Shown: positions 14,877 through 21,560 of the stretch, piece after piece
Position numbering within the stretch: position 1 is the first letter of the stretch
Layout of the letters: each line of letters starts with the position of its first letter
Translations under genes and position numbers: made by a program
Notes under the pieces: model-generated
Told to the model about the DNA's origin: nothing
What the model saw: the letters and a program-made list of their open reading frames with translations, nothing else
The model's database searches: none
From: a virus
Strand: one strand, 5' to 3'
IMG/VR virus record: IMGVR_UViG_3300045988_081107
Location: 1-41,549 of that record
Length of the DNA: 41,549 nucleotides

Positions 14877-16186
14877 GCACTGGATTGTTGAACAGCCTGA
14901 TGAATGCCCAGAGCCAGACGGTCACCCCGGCGGGGCAGCAGATGCAGGTGGTGATGATTCCGAGCCGGAATATCATCCCGAACCCGGACAATGACGAGAT
15001 CTATACCATCGGCAACATGGATGGTCTGAAGGACGATATCCAGCAGCACGGTCTCCGGCAGCCGCTGGAAGTCATCCCGGTAGAGGGCGAGCCGGATCGT
15101 TATATGCTGATCAGCGGGCACCGGCGCTGGGCTGCGTGTGGAATCTTGTCGGCGTGTGGAGAATCCCGGTTTGACACTCTCCCCTGCCTGATCCGGGAAA
15201 GCCACGGCGAATTGGACGACCGCATTGCGCTCATCACGGCGAACGCTACCGCCCGCGACCTGACCGACGGCGAGCGTCTGGCGCAGTACGAGGCGCTGAA
15301 GGATGCGCTGACCAAGAAAAAAGCAGCCGGACAGCTGGAAGGCAAGGTGCGTGACGAGGTTTGCCGCATTCTGGGCTTGTCCACCGGCGCTGCTGCCCGG
15401 CTGAACGTGATTGCCTCCTGCGAAAACGAGCTCATCAAGGAGCGCTTGAAGGCCGGAGAGATCGGTTTGATGGAAGCGTACCGCAGCGCACAGGATTATG
15501 CGCGTTTTATGGGTGTTACACCGGAAGAACCGGAGCAGAAAGAAGAACCTGTGGAAACGGTACCGGTGAAACCTGATTATGCCGAGCGGAAATTGGCACC
15601 GGAAGCCATCGCAATGGTGGAAAAGGCTCATGAGGAGCAAAGGAAAGTCCAGACTGATGCACCGCAACCTGTTGTAAGCAAAAAAACTCCGCTCCCATCC
15701 GTGTATAGCGGACAAAGATGCGATTATTCTGCATCGCACCGGTGCGAAAATGAAGCCGGTCTGAAGCATTTTATCAAGCACGGTGAAATCCGAGGCTGTG
15801 CAGGGTGCTGCCGCTACTGCAAGAGCAAAGATACCTGCGAATACAGTTGCGTGTATGCTTCCAAGGGCAAAGAAACGCAGGAACAGCCGAAAGAGCAGCC
15901 CCATGGCCGGGACACGCTGCACAAGCTGGCAGAGAAAACGCTGGGTGCAAATGCAGCGTGGGAACTGGAATGGGAAGATGTGCGTTTCCGGCTTGCGTAT
16001 TACAAGCAGCCTCTGCCCGGCGGGGCAACGTTGTGGAAGCGGATAGACACCACCAGAGAGGATGCCGGACAGCCCTGTGATGACTACGCCATCATTCTGC
16101 AGGACAACAGCTTTTTCACCTGCGGCTGGATAGGTTTCCACTCCGGTATCACGGATATTCTGACGAATTATTTTGAACTGAAATAA
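14873..16186 (+). CDS. parB: ParB-like nuclease-domain protein with a Cys-cluster C-terminal extension
   Basis: The N-terminal ParB/Srx motifs are IIPNPDNDEIY and LISGHRRWAA. Downstream lies CDYSASHRC...GCAGCCRYCKSKDTCEYSC. 437 aa. Confidence 0.8.
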   Translation: MSTGLLNSLMNAQSQTVTPAGQQMQVVMIPSRNIIPNPDNDEIYTIGNMDGLKDDIQQHGLRQPLEVIPVEGEPDRYMLISGHRRWAACGILSACGESRFDTLPCLIRESHGELDDRIALITANATARDLTDGERLAQYEALKDALTKKKAAGQLEGKVRDEVCRILGLSTGAAARLNVIASCENELIKERLKAGEIGLMEAYRSAQDYARFMGVTPEEPEQKEEPVETVPVKPDYAERKLAPEAIAMVEKAHEEQRKVQTDAPQPVVSKKTPLPSVYSGQRCDYSASHRCENEAGLKHFIKHGEIRGCAGCCRYCKSKDTCEYSCVYASKGKETQEQPKEQPHGRDTLHKLAEKTLGANAAWELEWEDVRFRLAYYKQPLPGGATLWKRIDTTREDAGQPCDDYAIILQDNSFFTCGWIGFHSGITDILTNYFELK

Positions 16187-16204
16187 ATTTTGGGAGGTTG
16201 CCGG

Positions 16205-16651
16205 ATGAAGCCACACGAATTTCGCCGTCTATATGCAATACCCTATGATATTGCCAAGCGCCGGCAGCGCATTGAGCGGCTGGAGATTTTACAGGCGGAT
16301 GGTCCACAGGCCGCCTCGGATGTGGTAAAAGCTTCTCACGGCGAGGGAAACAGCTGCGTTCTCGGCCATGTAACAGTGACCGGGACCGCAGATTCCTCCT
16401 ACAACCAGCGTGCTGCGGAGATTCGGCGGCTGAAAGACATCAACCGTATGCAGGGCAAGCTGTACAACATCGGCGTGCACATGGTGGAAGACTGCGATGA
16501 CCCGGAGCTTCGGGCGATGCTCTCGGCGATCTGCGTAGAGGGCAAAAAGCCGCAGGACGTTGCCGTGGAGCTTACCGAGCGGGGCTTTGACGTGGATGCG
16601 GAATCTATTCGCCGGAGGGTTTACCGGTGGATCCAGAAGAATGTGGGGTGA
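16205..16651 (+). CDS. Putative late-gene transcriptional activator (ArpU/RinA-like or sigma region 4-like)
   Basis: GGGAGG RBS. The C-terminal HTH-like segment is KPQDVAVELTERGFDVDAESIRRRVYRWIQK. It is the last conserved early gene before the late region. Confidence 0.45.
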   Translation: MKPHEFRRLYAIPYDIAKRRQRIERLEILQADGPQAASDVVKASHGEGNSCVLGHVTVTGTADSSYNQRAAEIRRLKDINRMQGKLYNIGVHMVEDCDDPELRAMLSAICVEGKKPQDVAVELTERGFDVDAESIRRRVYRWIQKNVG

Positions 16652-17318
16652 TCTTTTGAGCAGTAGTCAGCTAACAGACGAAGATTTCAAAATACTTGCA
16701 AGCGAACTTGAATCGGGGCGGGTTAGTGTCAATCAAGTCCGTGCAGCTGTGTTGGAAGCTGAAATTGGGCAGTACCTAGACGCCGCCAGATATGGGAACT
16801 ATGAGACTTTTTTGCAAAATTGTTCTGGACAAAAGAACACTGAAGTGTTTAACCAGTTGCACTACGAGATGGGCAAAAGCGACTTTAACGTATGTGAGGG
16901 ATGCTCAAAACTCACTTCGTTTTATGCGAATGACACGATAGCTGAACAAATATGCGAAGACCATACATGCCCTATCTGGATTGAAAATCACCCAGAACGT
17001 AAAAATCGAAGAGTTAAAACCATCACGATCGAAGAATTGAAAAAGAAAGCAGAAAAATCGCTTGAAAATCCATGTGCAGGCTGCGTGTTCAGAAAATACC
17101 ATGATTGGGCGGAACCAACGTGGACTGGTTTTTCTCAGCACTACTACGATTGCGAAAAACCGGGTTGCCCGATGTGGAGCCGTCTGTGGTGGAGAAACAA
17201 CGACGATGGGACACCCCTTATGGATCAGCAGCCGATAAGGCTAACAAGAAAATTTCAGCACGCAGTATATGAAATTGTTCGATTTTTTAATGAACTTGTT
17301 GAGTTGCTGCTGAATTGA
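16641..17318 (+). CDS. Hypothetical Cys-rich protein (AT-rich island)
   Basis: 225 aa from ATG 16641. It has several Cys pairs (CEGC, CEDHTC, CAGC, CEKPGC). The GC content drops at its start. Confidence 0.65.
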   Translation: MWGDLLSSSQLTDEDFKILASELESGRVSVNQVRAAVLEAEIGQYLDAARYGNYETFLQNCSGQKNTEVFNQLHYEMGKSDFNVCEGCSKLTSFYANDTIAEQICEDHTCPIWIENHPERKNRRVKTITIEELKKKAEKSLENPCAGCVFRKYHDWAEPTWTGFSQHYYDCEKPGCPMWSRLWWRNNDDGTPLMDQQPIRLTRKFQHAVYEIVRFFNELVELLLN

Positions 17319-17336
17319 TGGATGGAGGGTGATTTT

Positions 17337-17519
17337 ATGGATTGTAGTTCTTGCGAGGCACGTTATCTGTGCTCTTTGCGGACTGAGCCAAACTCTTTTG
17401 AATGCGTGTCAACGTTCACTAGGTACTGCATAAAAAAAGAAAAGGACTGCGATGAGCGCGGTGTTTCGCCGGTGGTGCATTTCAACCGGAGAGCCGGACA
17501 GGAGGATAAAAATGGATGA
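17337..17519 (+). CDS. Hypothetical small Cys-rich protein
   Basis: GGAGGG RBS; begins MDCSSCEARYLC; 60 aa. Confidence 0.5.
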   Translation: MDCSSCEARYLCSLRTEPNSFECVSTFTRYCIKKEKDCDERGVSPVVHFNRRAGQEDKNG

Positions 17520-17844
17520 GAAAGAAAAGACAGTACGGTTGGTCGATGTCGGAGAGCTGGAAAATAGCTTGAAAAAAGACCTTGCCGAAGAAGAAGCCAA
17601 GGGGAAAAGTGCAGACATTCTTTTTTGCGAAAGCATCGAGGATGAGCTGTCAGACCTTGGAAACCTTCCAACCATAGACCCGGAAACGCTGCGGCCTGTG
17701 GCACGCTGGGAACCGGTTGACCCGGAAAGCGATGTTAAATTCAAGTGTAGCAAATGCGAAGGCGTTATTTCCACAGATTGGGACGGAAGCGAATATTTTG
17801 AGTACTGTCCTTACTGTGGCGCGAGAACGGGGGAGAGTATTTAG
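17512..17844 (+). CDS. Hypothetical protein with a C-terminal zinc ribbon
   Basis: AGGAGG RBS; contains CSKCEG...CPYCG; 110 aa. Confidence 0.65.
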   Translation: MDEKEKTVRLVDVGELENSLKKDLAEEEAKGKSADILFCESIEDELSDLGNLPTIDPETLRPVARWEPVDPESDVKFKCSKCEGVISTDWDGSEYFEYCPYCGARTGESI

Positions 17845-17845
17845 G

Positions 17846-18091
17846 ATGACCACTGCTGAAAAAATTGTTGTTTCCGCATATACAGGATATTTGATGCGCG
17901 ATTTTGATTTAATGCACCAATACATCGAGAAAGTCATGGGCAGACCTGTTTATGTGCATGAACTTGGTTCAGAAACCTTTAACCATGAACTTATGGAGAA
18001 GGTGAAACCGGATTTTCTTAAAATTTGTTCTGGAGAAGAAGTTCATTTGCATTTACGGAATCGTAAAAGATTATCACGAAAGAAGGAATAG
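17846..18091 (+). CDS. Hypothetical protein
   Basis: The ATG lies directly after the upstream stop; 81 aa. Confidence 0.55.
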   Translation: MTTAEKIVVSAYTGYLMRDFDLMHQYIEKVMGRPVYVHELGSETFNHELMEKVKPDFLKICSGEEVHLHLRNRKRLSRKKE

Positions 18092-18097
18092 ATTGAT

Positions 18098-18298
18098 ATG
18101 ATTGCTTATGTGCTTGGCGTAGCTATTATGGCGTTTGTTAGCGTTCCTGTTTGTATGCTTTCCGTGCGGTGGGCATGGAAAAGCAGGTGGACAGTGCGGA
18201 AGATACTTATGGTGTTCACACCCGCATCTGTCGTACTGGGCGGCGTTCTTGGGTATACGATGGCGTGTCTTGTGCTCAAAATGACCGGCTTTTGCTGA
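18098..18298 (+). CDS. Small two-helix membrane protein
   Basis: It has two hydrophobic segments (IAYVLGVAIMAFVSVPVCML, VFTPASVVLGGVLGYTMACLVL); 66 aa. Confidence 0.6.
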   Translation: MIAYVLGVAIMAFVSVPVCMLSVRWAWKSRWTVRKILMVFTPASVVLGGVLGYTMACLVLKMTGFC

Positions 18299-18350
18299 TT
18301 GACACAAAATTCACATTGTGCCACTTCTCTTCGTAGCTACGCAAAAGCCG

Positions 18351-18427
18351 TGTCACAAAATGGTCGGAATGTCACAAAAAGGTCGAAATGTCCAGAATGT
18401 CCCATTTTGATGTGCTAAAATTATAAT
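18351..18427 (+). promoter_or_regulatory. Tandem 19-bp repeats followed by an extended -10 promoter (candidate late promoter)
   Basis: TGTCACAAAATGGTCGGAA (18351-18369) and TGTCACAAAAAGGTCGAAA (18370-18388) are followed by TGTCCAGAA and TGTCCC. Then come TGCTAAAAT (18413-21) and TATAAT (18422-27). There is no good -35 element. Confidence 0.45.
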
Positions 18428-18583
18428 GCAGACATTGACGGAAACGTGAATGACCTGCATCCTCATGACGAGACCCGGCGGGAAGCATAGCACAGGCTTT
18501 TGGAATCTTCCTGTGCTCAATGGATCACCGCGCCGTCCGCTTCAAGATCCAGCGGCGCACACAAAACAAAATCAAACCCGGCG

Positions 18584-18602
18584 GGTGTCCACTGTGGACA
18601 CC
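18584..18602. repeat. Second copy of the palindrome GGTGTCCACTGTGGACACC
   Basis: Identical to the 4560-4578 core. It has no T-run here and lies 10 nt upstream of a GGAAAGGAG RBS. Confidence 0.9.
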
Positions 18603-18621
18603 TTGGAAAGGAGTGCAATCC

Positions 18622-18840
18622 ATGCTTGAATTTTTCGGCAAACTGTTTTGGTCTATTGAAAAAAGCTGCGTGCTTGCACCTGTGTTCCGGGAAATTTTTC
18701 AAATAGCATTCAAAAGTAATTTTGTGTGCATCGTCTGGAGTATCGGTTTTCAGGCGAGCCACACAAAGCGTGAGCCGAGGGCAGAGATCGGAGGGCGCGG
18801 CTGTATGCAAGGGGCGCGGCCTGTTATCCGCGCAGATTAG
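18622..18840 (+). CDS. Hypothetical 72-aa protein
   Basis: The ATG lies 8 nt after AAAGGAG. A strong hairpin follows at 18879-18920. Confidence 0.4.
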   Translation: MLEFFGKLFWSIEKSCVLAPVFREIFQIAFKSNFVCIVWSIGFQASHTKREPRAEIGGRGCMQGARPVIRAD

Positions 18841-18878
18841 CAAAAGCTGCTGATACAATTTATTCGAAAATGTTTTTA

Positions 18879-18930
18879 CCCGCCTGTTATGCATGATGTG
18901 CACCGTGCATTGCAGGCGGGCATTCTTTTA
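18879..18930 (+). terminator. Hairpin with a T-rich tail upstream of the tRNA cluster
   Basis: CCCGCCTG (18879-86) pairs with CAGGCGGG (18913-20), with an inner ATGCA/TGCAT helix, followed by CATTCTTTT. Confidence 0.5.
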
Positions 18931-18931
18931 C

Positions 18932-19004
18932 GCTGCGTTAGCTCAACCGGCAGAGCATCCGGCTCATAACCGGGTCGTTGCAGGTTCGATTCCTGCACGC
19001 GGCA
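18932..19004 (+). tRNA. tRNA with a CAT anticodon (Met elongator type, or Ile2 if lysidine-modified)
   Basis: Hand-folded 73-nt cloverleaf: acceptor GCTGCGT/ACGCGGC, D arm GCTC-AACCGGCA-GAGC, anticodon arm TCCGG-CTCATAA-CCGGG, T arm GCAGG-TTCGATT-CCTGC, discriminator A. No CCA is encoded. It lacks the initiator 3xGC anticodon stem. Confidence 0.85.
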
Positions 19005-19010
19005 TAATAT

Positions 19011-19086
19011 ATTCCCGTAGCTCAATTGGTAGAGCGCTGGTCTCCAAAACCAGAGGCTGCAGGCTCAGTCCCTGCCGGGAATGCCA
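19011..19086 (+). tRNA. tRNA-Trp (CCA anticodon) with a non-canonical T-loop
   Basis: 76-nt cloverleaf: acceptor ATTCCCG/CGGGAAT, D arm GCTC-AATTGGTA-GAGC, anticodon arm CTGGT-CTCCAAA-ACCAG, T arm GCAGG-CTCAGTC-CCTGC, discriminator G, CCA encoded. Confidence 0.8.
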
Positions 19087-19173
19087 GACACACACCCTAT
19101 GAGGGGGCGTCGCATGACTAACAAGACATCACATCCACGCGGCGGGGTGCCCATTGTGAACACATTACGATAT

Positions 19174-19319
19174 GCTGCCATAGCTTAGTGGGCTAGAGCG
19201 CTTTGCATCTGATACATGCAAGGTAACATTGGCGATACACACCACCCATGGCTCTGCGTTTAGCCAGCGCAGAAGTTAATGCGGTGTGGGCGTTGGTTCA
19301 AATCCAACTGGCAGCACCA
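19174..19319 (+). ncRNA. Aberrant 146-nt tRNA-like gene (GAT anticodon loop on an 8-bp stem, plus a 68-nt structured insertion in the variable region)
   Basis: The acceptor GCTGCCA/TGGCAGC pairs perfectly and is followed by A and CCA. The D arm is GCTT-AGTGGGCTA-GAGC and the T arm is GTTGG-TTCAAAT-CCAAC. The hairpin CTTTGCAT-CTGATAC-ATGCAAGG sits at 19201-19223. The insertion at 19224-19291 contains CACACC/GGTGTG and TCTGCG/CGCAGA helices. Confidence 0.55.
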
Positions 19320-19510
19320 GACGCGCACCCTTTGAGGGGGCGGCGCGAATAGCGGGGCATCTGGCCGCGAAAGTTCCGGATGCAGCAGCACTCCACCCGT
19401 TTACGTTGTCCGAGAAACTGAATGTATACTTGGAGTGCTGCTTATATTAACGTTTAGCTTGAAATAGCTTTAATTTTTAAATCTGGCTTTTGAAGTTTGG
19501 AGCGCGTGTC

Positions 19511-20134
19511 ATGGTTCTGCCAATGGAGAACACCGAAAAGATGATTTTTCCGGGCGTGGGTAAGTATGGAATCCCTGAAATCAAACCCGAAACGGATGTC
19601 CGCATAGACAGGTTGGAATGGATACCTGTCAACTATGCTATGACAGCAACTGACAAAAAAAGCAAGGGCGTGCACTTTTACAAGGACGATTACCAGTTTG
19701 AACGGTTCTGGAACTATCCGGATAAATATATCCCGATTTTGCAACAGTTTGGCGCGGTATGTTCGCCGGATTTTTCTTTGTACAGTGATATGCCGCTTGC
19801 GGTGCAGCTTTTTATGCATTACAAAAAGCACTGGCTTGCCGCATACTGGCAGGCGCACGGCATTCACGTTATCCCAACGCTTTGCTGGTGCGGAGAACAA
19901 AGCTATGACTGGTGCTTTGATGGCGAGCCCAGAAACGCCATCGTGAGCATTTCAAGCCACGGCACACAGTCTGACCTATACGAAGCGGAATGTTTTGCTA
20001 AGCACTGCCGTAAGGCACTGGAAGTGCTTCAACCGAGCAGTATCTTGTGGTATGGAAAATGCCCTGATGAATTTGACTGGAACGTTACCAAAATAAAACC
20101 ATTCCAATACGAAAGGAGACACTACCGTGAGTAA
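19511..20134 (+). CDS. DUF4417-like protein
   Basis: GVHFYKDDYQFERFW...CSPDFSLYSDMP...HYKKHWLAAYWQAHGIHVIPTLCW matches my recollection of the DUF4417 family. I placed the start at ATG 19511, after TGGAG. Confidence 0.6.
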   Translation: MVLPMENTEKMIFPGVGKYGIPEIKPETDVRIDRLEWIPVNYAMTATDKKSKGVHFYKDDYQFERFWNYPDKYIPILQQFGAVCSPDFSLYSDMPLAVQLFMHYKKHWLAAYWQAHGIHVIPTLCWCGEQSYDWCFDGEPRNAIVSISSHGTQSDLYEAECFAKHCRKALEVLQPSSILWYGKCPDEFDWNVTKIKPFQYERRHYRE

Positions 20135-20669
20135 ACGAGGCTCGGGCAGCTCTGCGAGAGCAGGGAGCAACTATTCAAAAACGGACTATAACGAAGCGAA
20201 AGAAGCTGGATTTTCATCTATCGAAAGTAAGCAGATCGCGCAGGCAGTAAAGCTTGTAAGAGAAACAGAAACATACAAAACCTATGCGGAGCAAGCGGAA
20301 CGGGTTCTAAACAGCCCAAACTTCGCTGGTGCAAAGAATTACACGTTTGAAGGATTAAAAAAATCTTGGGTTGCTACAGATGCGATAGAACGCGAAATCG
20401 GTCGTGCGGTCACGTTCCACGACATTGACACTTACCCAAAACCGGAGTTCACATCAAAACAAACAACTTTTGCAAGGGATATTATTCTTAAAGAACTTGG
20501 GATAGATAATCCGAAGCGAAGCCCTGAAAATGTAGAACGAGAAAGAGCGAAAAAGTATTTTCGGGAGCATTACGACCCAAATCGAGAACAAAGAGAAATC
20601 ACAAGCTCTACATACAAGCGCGCGCAAAAGCGACTGCAAAAGAAAGTAGATAGCTGGTTTAAGCGATGA
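20127..20669 (+). CDS. Hypothetical Lys/Glu-rich protein
   Basis: GTG start after GGAGA; 180 aa; the region is AT-rich. Confidence 0.6.
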   Translation: MSKRGSGSSARAGSNYSKTDYNEAKEAGFSSIESKQIAQAVKLVRETETYKTYAEQAERVLNSPNFAGAKNYTFEGLKKSWVATDAIEREIGRAVTFHDIDTYPKPEFTSKQTTFARDIILKELGIDNPKRSPENVERERAKKYFREHYDPNREQREITSSTYKRAQKRLQKKVDSWFKR

Positions 20670-20700
20670 AAACTTGAAAACGTAAAAAGGCAAAAATATA

Positions 20701-21057
20701 GTGACCGATAAGTTTTACAAATGGCTTTGCTCTTTGATAGCATCGGGTGATGTGCATCCGTTCTACTGCTCCTCGCAGTGGGTGCGACTATCACACAAGG
20801 TGCTGGACATGGACAAGCACGAATGCCAGCTGTGCAAAGAGCGCGGACGTTACCGGCGGGCAGAGCTGGTGCACCATGTCAACCATGTGCGCCGCGCACC
20901 GAAGCTTGCGCTGGATATCTGGTACACCGACGCAGACGGCAACCGGCAGCGCAACCTTATCAGCGTATGCAAGGACTGCCACGAGACTGTGTGCCACCCG
21001 GAGCGGCTGCGGAAATGCAGCGGCGTTGCGCCGCTGACCCGCGAGCGCTGGGACTGA
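20701..21057 (+). CDS. HNH endonuclease (packaging-associated)
   Basis: Contains CQLCKERG...HHVNH...NLISVCKDCH. It sits immediately upstream of the terminase genes. Confidence 0.88.
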   Translation: MTDKFYKWLCSLIASGDVHPFYCSSQWVRLSHKVLDMDKHECQLCKERGRYRRAELVHHVNHVRRAPKLALDIWYTDADGNRQRNLISVCKDCHETVCHPERLRKCSGVAPLTRERWD

Positions 21058-21203
21058 CTGGCACACCCCCTGCCGAAAAAACGGGTTGAGCGGGTCAAGC
21101 CCTTATTCGTGGTGTCCCCTGACTTTGCCGCTGGCCTTGCGCGCACGCACACGCGCGAGGATGGTATACAGATTGCACAAATATGGATGAAACGGAGATC
21201 GTG

Positions 21204-21560
21204 ATGGGAAAAAGGAAAACACCGGCCACCGCCAGCGAAAAATATCGGACGGAGCTGGCGGAGATCGAGCAGGCCGCAAAAGCAGCCAACTGCGACACAA
21301 ACTTTTTATACCGCTCCACGCTGGACCGGTATGTTACGCAGCTGGACCTTCTGGATCAGGCGCAGAACGACATGAACGAGCGCGGACTTACCGTGGTAAA
21401 GACCACTCCGCGCGGCGCGGAGATTGAAGTGGCAAACCCTTCCATTCAGGTCTATAACCAGACTGCCAGCGCAGCCAACTCCACCGTATCAACGCTGCTG
21501 CGGGTCGTGCAGACGTTCAAATTTATGGCAGCAAAGCCCAGCGAGGACGATGAGCTGTAA
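21204..21560 (+). CDS. terS: Terminase small subunit (P27-like)
   Basis: GGAG RBS; 118 aa. It sits directly upstream of, and overlaps, terL. It has a helical N-terminus and the segment ANPSIQVYNQTASAANS, typical of P27-family TerS as I recall it. Confidence 0.7.
   Translation: MGKRKTPATASEKYRTELAEIEQAAKAANCDTNFLYRSTLDRYVTQLDLLDQAQNDMNERGLTVVKTTPRGAEIEVANPSIQVYNQTASAANSTVSTLLRVVQTFKFMAAKPSEDDEL

Noticed and set aside
14807-16216. 469-aa minus-strand ORF opposite the ParB-like gene
   Set aside because: It is a shadow ORF. The + strand frame carries the ParB GHRR motifs and translational coupling. The minus-strand product is low in complexity.
18893-19102. 69-aa + strand ORF in the track
   Set aside because: It is fully occupied by the tRNA(CAT) and tRNA-Trp genes, so the translation is an artefact of reading through tRNA sequence.
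19174-19319. Group I intron-containing tRNA or a stop-codon suppressor tRNA (genetic-code recoding)
   Set aside because: The 68-nt insertion is far shorter than any group I intron and lies in the variable region, not the anticodon loop. The only well-formed 7-nt loop has anticodon GAT. All major genes read through uninterrupted in the standard code, so there is no evidence for recoding.
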